From the IMG/VR virus record IMGVR_UViG_3300050821_003843, positions 8,918 to 72,917 of that record: a stretch of DNA of 64,000 nucleotides, one strand, 5' to 3'. This document shows positions 37,151 to 46,391 of this stretch, in pieces; position 1 is the first letter of the stretch; each line of letters opens with the position of its first letter. The notes below the pieces were generated by a model that saw only the letters and a list, made by a program, of their open reading frames with translations, had not been told where the DNA came from and ran no database searches. The position numbers and the translations under genes are program-made. This DNA comes from a virus.

Positions 37151-38730
37151 TAACAGTCAAACGTGAGGGGATTATTGACCCCTTGAAGTTCCAACAAAAG
37201 TTCTGGCCTGATATCACATTCTATGATAAGCAGCGACAGATAATCTACTCGACAATTGAGAATGATGAAACGGTATCACCCGCGGCAAATGTTGCGGGGA
37301 AGGATTTTGTCTCTGCCTTCGTTGCTCTCTACTTTTTCTGTTCTCGTGACCCTGTTCGTGTGGTCACAACCTCTGTAAAGGACGATCATCTTCGAGTGTT
37401 GTGGGGCGAGATCATGAATCTTGTCTCTAGTTCGAAGTACCCCATGAGGTCAAGTGAGGGAGGCAACCTTGTCTGTAATCATCATGAAATAAAGAAGATA
37501 GTACGTGGTAAGTTGTCAGAAAAGTCGTACATGATCGGCATGGTGGCTGCTGAAGGCGCAGCGCTCCAAGGTCATCACTTACCGCGGGGGAAGAACTTTG
37601 CGCCTCACACGTTGTTCGTTGTGGATGAGGCGAGTGGCGTCCCTGACTTGTACTATGAGATGGCGTCGACATGGTTCCATCGTGCTCTCATCATTGGAAA
37701 CCCTTGGGCTTGTAACAACTTTTTCTATAAAGCCGTGAAGGGTCGACCGGGCACAGAAGACCGCGGGGGAGACATTCCACGACCAGACGGCAACGGGTAC
37801 TATCGCAAGATCATTCAGATCAAAGGCACTGACAGCCCCAATGTGCGCTATGGTTTATTGGAACTTGCCGCGGGTAGAGTACCCACAAACAAGATCATTA
37901 CTCCAGGAGTTCTACCGTACTCGGAGTATGTGAAACGGCGTATGTTGTGGGATAAGGTGAAACAAACGGTATCCATTGACGGTGAATTCTATGAAGGTGC
38001 TGAGACAATGATGTTTCCACCTGAATGGCTGGCAAGGGCTGAAAAGATTGCAGCAGAGTTTGTTCCTTATACAACTCGAACAGGTAGAGCTATTGGTTGT
38101 GACCCCGCAGAGGGTGGAGATAGTTCGTGCTGGTCAGTCGTGGATGGTCATGGATTGATTAAACTCATCTCATTGAAAACACCTGACACGAACCTGATCC
38201 CTTATGAGACAATTCGACTGATGAAACTCTATAAGGTGGACGCTAAAAATGTGTGGTTCGACCGCGGGGGTGGTGGTAAACAACATGTCGATCGGCTGCG
38301 TTCAATGGGTCATGAGGTACGAACTGTGGCTTTTGGTGAACCGGCATCAGAGGCAGATTTGTTCAAACGCTATAAGAGGATGTCAGAGAAGCGTGAAGAA
38401 AAGGAAGATCGTACTGTTTACAAGAACCGTAGGGCCGAGATGTATGGTATTATACGTGAACTGATTGATCCATCGAATGAACCCGGCTTTGGGCTACCCG
38501 GCGAGTATCATGAATTGAGGCGACAACTAGCACCAATTCCATTACGTTATGGACGAGAGGGTCAAATGTATCTATTACCAAAACACAAGGAAAAGAGCGA
38601 TTCAACTGAAGAATGTCTGTATGACTTACTCGGTTGTTCACCAGACGAAGCAGATTCGTTAGCGTTGGCCGTGTTTGGTTTGATGATGAGTGACCGACCA
38701 CAAATCACAGTAGGAGCAGTTGATGTCTAG
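37147..38730 (+). CDS. terL: Terminase large subunit
   Basis: ANVAGKD Walker A, FVVDEASG Walker B, IGNP, GCDPA.GGD, N.RAEMY, SPDEADSL. Confidence 0.92.
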   Translation: MITVKREGIIDPLKFQQKFWPDITFYDKQRQIIYSTIENDETVSPAANVAGKDFVSAFVALYFFCSRDPVRVVTTSVKDDHLRVLWGEIMNLVSSSKYPMRSSEGGNLVCNHHEIKKIVRGKLSEKSYMIGMVAAEGAALQGHHLPRGKNFAPHTLFVVDEASGVPDLYYEMASTWFHRALIIGNPWACNNFFYKAVKGRPGTEDRGGDIPRPDGNGYYRKIIQIKGTDSPNVRYGLLELAAGRVPTNKIITPGVLPYSEYVKRRMLWDKVKQTVSIDGEFYEGAETMMFPPEWLARAEKIAAEFVPYTTRTGRAIGCDPAEGGDSSCWSVVDGHGLIKLISLKTPDTNLIPYETIRLMKLYKVDAKNVWFDRGGGGKQHVDRLRSMGHEVRTVAFGEPASEADLFKRYKRMSEKREEKEDRTVYKNRRAEMYGIIRELIDPSNEPGFGLPGEYHELRRQLAPIPLRYGREGQMYLLPKHKEKSDSTEECLYDLLGCSPDEADSLALAVFGLMMSDRPQITVGAVDV

Positions 38731-39021
38731 GTTTAAACTACCGCACTTTGATTGCCCCACATCTGAGTGCCTTTTGTATAGAATAGCTTATCGTCACAGA
38801 CTCCACAATCCTGTTGAAGAATACAAAAACCAACGAGACATTCTATCACGTCAAGAAGTGTACAGGACTAGACTCTCTGAAAGGCACGTTGGTAGAGTTG
38901 AACGGGCTGAGATTCAATACCACGGTGGTAGATTTCATAGTGGAGAATGGTGATGTCTAGGGTATTTTATTTTGGCTGTTCGTGGCCCCCACATGACTTC
39001 TTTACTCGAAAGAAACAAACG

Positions 39022-39282
39022 ATGTCTGACAAAATAACAATTATGGTTGGTGGTAGGCCAGAAGAAGTTCCAATGACCGACATTGAAAAGAACGAATGTC
39101 GTGACAGAACTGGTAAGTCTCTTATCTGTTGGGATACAGTCCGTTTTAGTGGCATGTCGTTTGACCATATTGACGTCATTCAGGATATTGCGTTTGATAA
39201 CGGACGTGTGTTACTCCACAATCATAAAGGGTTAGTCGATCCTAAAAGACTACACCTACTCAGAAGGGGCGTAATGCCATGA
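39022..39282 (+). CDS. Hypothetical protein
   Basis: DRTGK.L...D.V pattern; start position uncertain. Confidence 0.4.
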   Translation: MSDKITIMVGGRPEEVPMTDIEKNECRDRTGKSLICWDTVRFSGMSFDHIDVIQDIAFDNGRVLLHNHKGLVDPKRLHLLRRGVMP

Positions 39283-39599
39283 ATGAAACGACACGTGAAG
39301 AAAAACTAGCTGGAATGACTGTATTGGAACAACGTGAATTCGAGTTCCAAGGTAGAAAAGTCACCGAACTGATTGTACAGAATGGAGCGAATGACTATCG
39401 AGTTATGTGGGCGTTATCACCCTTCTTCGAAATGGTCATTGATGGTGTGCCGAATCCAATTGTGTCTTTTTCTTATCTCGCAGATAAACATACTGGTTAT
39501 GATTTTTACTCGTTCAAGTCTATTGCACGTCGTCGAGTACAAGAAATGTTCGAGGATACGTTGAAGAATCCACCAATGCATCTACTACCAACGGAATGA
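39279..39599 (+). CDS. Hypothetical protein
   Basis: Packed ORF. Confidence 0.45.
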   Translation: MNETTREEKLAGMTVLEQREFEFQGRKVTELIVQNGANDYRVMWALSPFFEMVIDGVPNPIVSFSYLADKHTGYDFYSFKSIARRRVQEMFEDTLKNPPMHLLPTE

Positions 39600-39603
39600 A
39601 CAA

Positions 39604-39900
39604 ATGAAAGTTGACGAACTGAAAGACCAGACTAAGAGGGTTGAGCGTGGAAGTGCAATTCAACAGACATTACAGCAGATCGCACAAGAGTATAAAGTAG
39701 TTTCTTCGGCGGTGTGGGTGTGTGTTGCTAGTAATGAAATTAGATACTCACCCTCAATAGATCCGCCAACTATAGGTTATGCGGTTGGTGGCATTCCATA
39801 TGAAGCAACCAAGAAGATGAGAGATGAATTGAGGCAAATTCTACTCAATCACCTACAGTCAAGAATCGACGCATTAAAAGCAGAATTCGACGCACTATGA
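39604..39900 (+). CDS. Hypothetical protein
   Basis: Packed ORF ending L..EF..L. Confidence 0.5.
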   Translation: MKVDELKDQTKRVERGSAIQQTLQQIAQEYKVVSSAVWVCVASNEIRYSPSIDPPTIGYAVGGIPYEATKKMRDELRQILLNHLQSRIDALKAEFDAL

Positions 39901-40190
39901 GAACAAATCCACCAGTATTCACAGATCGTTACTACGTTGACAAAATCCAATTTGAACATGATGAACCTATCTATATTGTTCGTGATTGTATCACAGAAGA
40001 AGCGTTCCATTGTTGGACAACTGTGATTGAAGATGATGCACAAGGCGAATCGGCTAAGTTCACTATTCCATTTTTCATGAAAATTGACGACACAAATCAA
40101 CATAGCATTAGAGGATGTGCGTTCTGTTGTGCAACACTAGGATCAGCGATCAGTCTACTCCACAAACTTCAAGATGAGGCGTCAGCCTAA
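39897..40190 (+). CDS. Hypothetical protein
   Basis: Packed ORF; stop overlaps the portal start. Confidence 0.45.
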   Translation: MRTNPPVFTDRYYVDKIQFEHDEPIYIVRDCITEEAFHCWTTVIEDDAQGESAKFTIPFFMKIDDTNQHSIRGCAFCCATLGSAISLLHKLQDEASA

Positions 40191-42691
40191 TGGAACAATC
40201 GAGTAACGGACATACAGACACGAATCAACAGCGTGCAGATGCGTTGAATAAATCTTTTCCATTCAGTGGTAGTCAACCAGTCAACAATGAGGATTATTCT
40301 GCAACGTCAATGGCCGATCAGTTAGTCGCCAATCACATCATGTCACGATTCAACTGGATGGCACAAATGTTGTTACCTGGTCGTGACATCTATAAAGAAT
40401 GTGGTTATCCTCCGTGTGGTGAGGCAATCCCCGCACAACTCTATCGTGACATGTACGACCGTGATGCCTTGAGCGCTCGTGTCGTGCAGGTATTACCAAA
40501 GGAATCATGGCAGGTACAGCCAGCGATCTATGAAGATGAAGACCCAGAAGTCGAAACAGCATTTGAAACAGCATGGCAGGAACTGCATCGTACACTGAGG
40601 GGTAATAGTCTGTATCAAGATGAACAGTGTTCTCCTATTTGGGATTACTTGTTACGGGCTGATATTCTGTCTGGTATTGGTCATTATGGCGTGTTGCTAC
40701 TCGGTATCGACGACGGCCAGCCCCTTGACCACCCACTTGAGGCATTCAGGGGTTTCGACTCACAACAACCCGGTACAGAGGGTTTACACGGTCCTGAACC
40801 ACTACGGGGCGATGCGCAAGGCTACGACACGTTCACCACGAAGCAACTTGATGAGCAGGGCGTGCCATCCTTTGCCACACCCGTTCCATTTAATGTGAAA
40901 TCAGCAACTAAAGACAGTACAGAGGAATCTGTTGGCGGTAAGGGCACAAGTAAACTTATCTATCTAAAGGTATTCGATGAAACGCTGGCACAAATCACTA
41001 GATATGAACGCGATCCACACAATCCAAGATTTGGCCTTCCCCAAATGTACCTACTCACGTTCAATGACCCGAGGAACGATCCTAGTGGTGGTGCTGGTCT
41101 GCCTGTTGCTTCTGCTCATTGTCACTGGTCACGTATCATTCACATTGCAGACAATACAGGCTCCAATGACGTCCTAGGCTACCCGAGAATGAAACAAGTG
41201 TTCAATCGCTTGTGGGACGCCTTTAAGACATATGGCGCATCAGGTGAGGGATTCTGGCAAATGGCTTTTGCCATGTTGTCATTGGAAACGAATCCCGCAT
41301 TAGGCGCTGACTTCAAAATAGACCAGGATGCATTAAGGGAACAATTACAGAAGTTGAGAAGTGGATTTCAACGTCACTTGGTTACCGCGGGGATGACAGC
41401 AAAAACACTGCCTCCCGCATTGAGTGACCCAACACCGTACATCAACATCTTCATTGAAGCAATTTGTATCTTTCTAGGCTGTCCTGTTCGTGTGTTTAAG
41501 GGGAGTGAGCGTGGTGAACTTGCTTCTACTCAGGATGACTCAAGTTGGAATGATAGGCTACGTCATCGACAGATATTCTATCTAACGCCGAAGATTTTAG
41601 TACCATTTATTGATCGTTTGATTACTGCTGGAGTGTTGCCTAAACCAAAAGGCTACTCGGTGGTGTGGCCAGACTTGGAAGCATTGTCGGATAAGGATCG
41701 TGCGACCATTGCACTACAGAGCACACAAGCCCTAGCAGCCTACATTGCTGGTCAGTGTGAAAACGCCATGACACTGTTGGACTTCTATGTCAACATCATG
41801 AAAATTCCACATGAACTAGCCGTACAGATTGTTGACTCAGCCCAAGCGGCACAAGATGCAGAAGAACAGCAGACGATTGAAGCAGAACCCACAATCGAGG
41901 AACAACAGGCACAGACAGACGCGAGTGTACCAACACATGAAAAAGAAGCAGCATTGACTGATGCTGGTGACACGCAAAATACAGAATTAGCGTTTAACAA
42001 CTGGGCTAAGTGGAATGCAGAACATCGTGGCAATGGCATTTCTGGTACGGCCATTCAACTCGGCGAGGTTGCCAAAGTTAAAAACACCAAAAAATCTCAT
42101 ATGGAGGCTGCTGAAGCGCACGATAAAGCCTCAAGTCAATTTCATAAGAGTGGCGATGAGAAACTTGCTAGGATGCATCATTTAGAAAAATGGAGACATA
42201 TAGATCACGTCAACAAAATGGACTCCATGCCAAAGAAAGATAAAATTAAAGGTGGCGTAGTCCATGTGACGGCTGAAAGGGCAATATCTCACACATTACA
42301 TGTAGGAAATGTAGAAGTTCCTAATGGTGAACTCAGTAAGATGGTTAAGTTACCATTAGAAGAGCATAAATTTGGCGGGGCGTCTATTGGTGAGCATGGT
42401 AATGGACACAATCATTTAAACTCGATGAAGACTCGTGCTACTTCTAAAGGTGTTCGAGACGCATTGATTGAACAGGGATGGCAACACACACATACGCACA
42501 ACCTACCTAGTGCCGCTGGTGGTAAGAACCATCAAGAGGGGTTTGTTAAAGGTGGTCATGTTCTAACAACTGTAGATGTCGGTTACGGAGACACAACCTT
42601 AAGAGTCAGTAAAAAACCAGCAGGGGTCCAAAATTATGACACAACACACGAGAAGGTATTAGCAGAACAAGATGGTGACACTCAAGAATAG
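40190..42691 (+). CDS. Portal protein (DUF1073-like) with His/Lys-rich C-terminal extension
   Basis: YDRD..A.RVV, FGLP..Y, HWSRIIH, P.R...GSERGELAS..D; position after terL. Confidence 0.85.
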   Translation: MEQSSNGHTDTNQQRADALNKSFPFSGSQPVNNEDYSATSMADQLVANHIMSRFNWMAQMLLPGRDIYKECGYPPCGEAIPAQLYRDMYDRDALSARVVQVLPKESWQVQPAIYEDEDPEVETAFETAWQELHRTLRGNSLYQDEQCSPIWDYLLRADILSGIGHYGVLLLGIDDGQPLDHPLEAFRGFDSQQPGTEGLHGPEPLRGDAQGYDTFTTKQLDEQGVPSFATPVPFNVKSATKDSTEESVGGKGTSKLIYLKVFDETLAQITRYERDPHNPRFGLPQMYLLTFNDPRNDPSGGAGLPVASAHCHWSRIIHIADNTGSNDVLGYPRMKQVFNRLWDAFKTYGASGEGFWQMAFAMLSLETNPALGADFKIDQDALREQLQKLRSGFQRHLVTAGMTAKTLPPALSDPTPYINIFIEAICIFLGCPVRVFKGSERGELASTQDDSSWNDRLRHRQIFYLTPKILVPFIDRLITAGVLPKPKGYSVVWPDLEALSDKDRATIALQSTQALAAYIAGQCENAMTLLDFYVNIMKIPHELAVQIVDSAQAAQDAEEQQTIEAEPTIEEQQAQTDASVPTHEKEAALTDAGDTQNTELAFNNWAKWNAEHRGNGISGTAIQLGEVAKVKNTKKSHMEAAEAHDKASSQFHKSGDEKLARMHHLEKWRHIDHVNKMDSMPKKDKIKGGVVHVTAERAISHTLHVGNVEVPNGELSKMVKLPLEEHKFGGASIGEHGNGHNHLNSMKTRATSKGVRDALIEQGWQHTHTHNLPSAAGGKNHQEGFVKGGHVLTTVDVGYGDTTLRVSKKPAGVQNYDTTHEKVLAEQDGDTQE

Positions 42692-42699
42692 GATAGCTG

Positions 42700-42858
42700 A
42701 TGTCTGAATCTGATAAGGCAAACTTAGACCAACAGTTAGCACAATTGAGGGATGGATTACCTCGATTCTGGTTTGCAATCTATCAGGGTTGTTTGGATGC
42801 TGGTTTCAGTGAAGCACAAGCAATGCTCATTGTGTTGGAGTTTGTTAGAAAGAATTGA
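42700..42858 (+). CDS. Small hypothetical protein (not in ORF track)
   Basis: AGGA RBS; Y.G...AGFSE.QA motif; fills the gap. Confidence 0.5.
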   Translation: MSESDKANLDQQLAQLRDGLPRFWFAIYQGCLDAGFSEAQAMLIVLEFVRKN

Positions 42859-42861
42859 CTG

Positions 42862-45081
42862 ATGTCTCTACTGGTTGCCAAAAAACCTAAACGTACTACC
42901 TCGAATCCTCTCAAGTACGACCCAAGTGGTACAGGTCAGATCCGTCGTCAATTCATGCGACAGATAGAAGCCAAGTTCAAGGAACTGAATCGTCGTGTCT
43001 ACCAACGGTTAGTCAATGAACATCAGTATGGATTAACACAGAACTATGATCCAGCACAACCACGAGTACCAGCGGGTTCGCCAGAAGGTGGGGTTGTTTG
43101 GAGTGTCGTCATTAACAATGTGAAATCAGAGTTCTATGGTTGGAACTATGAGATCGTAGCAAATTCTCCATACGATTTCCCACAGTCAGAAAACTACCTG
43201 TCTCAGTTCAAACAATGGTTACTGAAGCAGATGAGTGAGTTGTTCTATAATGAGGATGAGAATTCATGGTGGAGGGAATATATTGCAAAGGGTTGGCAAC
43301 TTGGCGCAGCGAAGGTGTATAACGCTTGGAAATCACCAAGTGAGTTTCTCAAGTCATCGTTTAACGTACCTGTCTCGGTCAACAAGGTAAAACTCCTCGC
43401 AGCACGAGTATTCACAGAACTGGAAAACGTCACACAAGACATGGCAACTAAGATGAGTCGTGAACTTGTGGATGGATTGATTCAGGGCATGTCACCACGC
43501 GAAGTGGCTCGAAACATGTCGAAGTCGATCGAGGGGATCAGTAAAGCACGAGCGTTAGCGATTGCTCGCACGGAAGTTGTTAGATCGCACGCTAATGGAC
43601 AATTGGATACGTTAGAGCAACTGGGGATGCAGCATGTGGGCGTTGCAGTGGAGTGGTCAACATCCGGGTTAGGGATGACTAGAAAGAAGAACCCAAGTCC
43701 TTGCCCAATTTGCGCACCGATGCAAGGTGTGGTGTTCACGCTCGAAGAAGCTAGAGGTATGATCCCTAGACATCCAAATTGTCTTTGTTCCCTGATTCCG
43801 GCCAATGTAGGGGAGGACGGTAAGGGTCAAATTCGCTCGTTTAAAGGCGTGTCAGCGGCTTTAGGCAAAAGTGTCAGGGCTGAAATACCCAAGCGGTCAA
43901 AACGCACTGTAGCGACTCAGGCGAAGTTATCACGATGGGCAGGTGCAACGGCAAAGGTCAGTAAATCACGACCTGAATCAATTTTGAATATGGAACTGAT
44001 TGATAACCTGAATCCATACCACGATGCACAAGGGAGATTCTGTTCTAAAGAGAATGCTGTCAACTGGCATGAGATTAAATATCAACGTACAGAACCTATC
44101 TACACTCGCCCACAAAGTAAGCACGTAGACGAAGTGACTCACAAAGCGTTGATAGATGCGGAACTTGCCCAACAGGGCGGTGGTATTGCTGACAAAGCAA
44201 ATATGTTTCGAAGTGAGATGTCAAAGCACAATAAAGAACTCGAAGTGATTCGACAAAAACTTGTTAAGGACGTTGCTAGGCATGAACGTGAAATTGCAAA
44301 GCATGGTGCTGAATTCAAACGAATCCTTGATGAACATTCCAAAGCATCTAACGTTGATGAGAAAAAAGCAAATAAGTTGAATCGTCAAGGTATCGCATCT
44401 CACAACCGACTATCAAAAGCACGTGAGAAACTGGAGTATGCTAAGGTAGAGGCACGTAACGCACTACTCGACCACATCGGTACAAAAGATCCTGCCCCAG
44501 TCAAATTATGGGGATTGGCAGCGATGCCCGAATCGAGTGCCAAACGTGCATTAGAGGCTGCTGAGTGGTATGGGCAAATTTTATCGAAGAAGGTAGTGAG
44601 TCGACCAGACAAGGGCTATCACAGTATCGACGCTTATCCAATTGAGGATGGTCGTTCCTTTGCACAAAACAAGTCTCAGAGTAAAGTTGATTTTGGTGTT
44701 GATCATGAAATCCATATGGCACACCATGCAGCAGTGGATATTCACATCCATGAGATTGGACATACAATCGAATTTGCTAATCCTAAAATCAATGACATGA
44801 CATTAGGCTTTATTCACCATCGTGTTCAAGGCGAATTACCACAACCGTATCCATACGGTGATAAAGACGAAGTAGGATTTAAAGATGAGTTTGGTAAATC
44901 ATTTTCAGGGCATGCTAACGCAATCTATGTTGGAAAACACTACGCATCAGGCGCAACTGAGATTCTAGCTATGGGGTTTCAGAAGTTGTACAACAATCCG
45001 GGTGAATTCGCCCATAAAGATCCAGAGTATTTCAAATTCCTAATTGGTGTATTAAGGGGGGATTTCAGTGAAAGGAAATAA
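42862..45081 (+). CDS. MuF/SPP1 gp7-like head morphogenesis protein fused to a C-terminal zincin metallopeptidase
   Basis: RA..IARTE, CPIC, IP.HPNC.C; later HEIGH and EILAMG. Confidence 0.85.
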   Translation: MSLLVAKKPKRTTSNPLKYDPSGTGQIRRQFMRQIEAKFKELNRRVYQRLVNEHQYGLTQNYDPAQPRVPAGSPEGGVVWSVVINNVKSEFYGWNYEIVANSPYDFPQSENYLSQFKQWLLKQMSELFYNEDENSWWREYIAKGWQLGAAKVYNAWKSPSEFLKSSFNVPVSVNKVKLLAARVFTELENVTQDMATKMSRELVDGLIQGMSPREVARNMSKSIEGISKARALAIARTEVVRSHANGQLDTLEQLGMQHVGVAVEWSTSGLGMTRKKNPSPCPICAPMQGVVFTLEEARGMIPRHPNCLCSLIPANVGEDGKGQIRSFKGVSAALGKSVRAEIPKRSKRTVATQAKLSRWAGATAKVSKSRPESILNMELIDNLNPYHDAQGRFCSKENAVNWHEIKYQRTEPIYTRPQSKHVDEVTHKALIDAELAQQGGGIADKANMFRSEMSKHNKELEVIRQKLVKDVARHEREIAKHGAEFKRILDEHSKASNVDEKKANKLNRQGIASHNRLSKAREKLEYAKVEARNALLDHIGTKDPAPVKLWGLAAMPESSAKRALEAAEWYGQILSKKVVSRPDKGYHSIDAYPIEDGRSFAQNKSQSKVDFGVDHEIHMAHHAAVDIHIHEIGHTIEFANPKINDMTLGFIHHRVQGELPQPYPYGDKDEVGFKDEFGKSFSGHANAIYVGKHYASGATEILAMGFQKLYNNPGEFAHKDPEYFKFLIGVLRGDFSERK

Positions 45082-45325
45082 AGAACTCGGGGTGGTGAAA
45101 AAGGGTAGTAGTAAAATCGTATGGACTACGGATGGCTGGTATAGTGAGGAAGATAGGCAAGCCGCTGCTTTCTTAAACGCTGCTGGTATAGGAACAGAAG
45201 GTGTGAGTTCTATCTCACCAACGGCCTATTCTGATATTCTCATACAAGCAATGAACTTGATTCACGGTGATGGATTCAAGTGTTTTGTGAAATCCAGTTC
45301 TCAACCAGTTGGCACAGTGTACTAA
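45068..45325 (+). CDS. Small protein, candidate immunity partner of the MuF peptidase
   Basis: Overlaps the MuF stop; positional inference only. Confidence 0.45.
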   Translation: MKGNKELGVVKKGSSKIVWTTDGWYSEEDRQAAAFLNAAGIGTEGVSSISPTAYSDILIQAMNLIHGDGFKCFVKSSSQPVGTVY

Positions 45326-45344
45326 CATGAAAGAAAGTTGACAC

Positions 45345-45746
45345 ATGTTTCGCTTCATTAGAAAACTATGGGATTTGTTTTGGCTGTGGTTTGATAGAAC
45401 TATACTGACTGATGATAAAGACCATGCTCGGATTGCTGAAGGAATGGTTGGGTATCAAGGCACAACGAGATCAGAAGTAGAAAAACAAACGCGCCTGTCA
45501 TTTTCACCAGAAGAACTAGCAACGGTTGAAACACAATCCTCGCAGCAGGATTTGATTGACGTTGAGGAAATGAAGCCAGTAAGGAACATGGGCTTCGGTG
45601 AACGTGTGATTTGCACAGCCCCCAACGGTGAAAGATACTGGGTCTACCCGAAACAGCCAGATGAAGAACAACGCTATTCACACAAGACCTATGAAGAGTT
45701 TATTCTTCAAGAATACCGACGATTAGGCTTAGAAAAACGAGTTTGA
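45345..45746 (+). CDS. Hypothetical protein
   Basis: GAAAGTTGACAC-ATG leader. Confidence 0.5.
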   Translation: MFRFIRKLWDLFWLWFDRTILTDDKDHARIAEGMVGYQGTTRSEVEKQTRLSFSPEELATVETQSSQQDLIDVEEMKPVRNMGFGERVICTAPNGERYWVYPKQPDEEQRYSHKTYEEFILQEYRRLGLEKRV

Positions 45747-45769
45747 AACGACACAAGTGGAGTATAGAT

Positions 45770-46030
45770 ATGTCAGTGACACACATTGCCGGTCCAACAG
45801 TCACAGTAGGTCAAAGGAAGATACAGAGATGTTTAGTTTGTGGTGAAAAATTAGCAGACAACATCGACATTCTAAAAGGAATAGTCGCGTCACCAGATGT
45901 ACCGCCAGAATACCTACAATGGCCTCCGGGTGACTTAGTCCAACAGGACGGTAATCGAACTTCTGTGATTCAACACGTTGATGGAACCGATTTGCCAGAA
46001 GATTGTTGTATTAACATGGTGGAGGAATAA
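45770..46030 (+). CDS. Hypothetical protein (CxxC)
   Basis: GGAG RBS; H.AG...QRCLVCG. Confidence 0.5.
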   Translation: MSVTHIAGPTVTVGQRKIQRCLVCGEKLADNIDILKGIVASPDVPPEYLQWPPGDLVQQDGNRTSVIQHVDGTDLPEDCCINMVEE

Positions 46031-46034
46031 TCCA

Positions 46035-46295
46035 ATGGCAAGAGATGAGAATGGATTCACACCGACACAAGCAAGGATCGTGAATGTACTCATAGATGGT
46101 ACATGGCATCCTAAACGTGAGTTACTCTATGCAGTCGATGAACTGGCAGATGATGACAATCTACTACAGTACCATCTAAAGAACATCAAACGTATCTTGA
46201 AGCCTCGAAACGAACACATTACGTTCCAAATTCATCCCACAATGGGCACGCTCTATATGCTGACTCGTGCCTTGTCTCCATCGAATATTGGTTAG
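46035..46295 (+). CDS. Winged-helix (OmpR C-terminal-like) regulator
   Basis: FTPTQ.RI...L.DG..H...EL...L..H...I.R.L...G..Y. Confidence 0.6.
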   Translation: MARDENGFTPTQARIVNVLIDGTWHPKRELLYAVDELADDDNLLQYHLKNIKRILKPRNEHITFQIHPTMGTLYMLTRALSPSNIG

Positions 46296-46355
46296 CGGTT
46301 CGCCGTAGTTTTTACAGACAGCTATTTCAACCGCCCGAAGTTACCTGTATCACTG

Positions 46356-46390
46356 GACCCCTAGTAGCTATTTTGCTCTGGGGGTTTTTT
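46356..46390 (+). terminator. Intrinsic terminator-like hairpin
   Basis: GACCCCTAG..CTGGGGGTT stem followed by a U6 run. Confidence 0.6.
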
Positions 46391-46391
46391 C

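Noticed and set aside
38720-39021. ORF 38720-38953 and the N-terminal extension of 38947
   Set aside because: No motif and weak leaders; coding status cannot be supported
40190-42691. Anti-CBASS Acb1 label sometimes attached to DUF1073-like proteins
   Set aside because: Position and motifs fit a portal; no paired HxT phosphoesterase domain was recognised
45333-45345. TTGACA inside GAAAGTTGACAC as a sigma70 -35 box
   Set aside because: It sits within about 10 nt of start codons, no -10 box was noticed downstream, and most copies read GTGACA; this fits an RNA-level leader motif better
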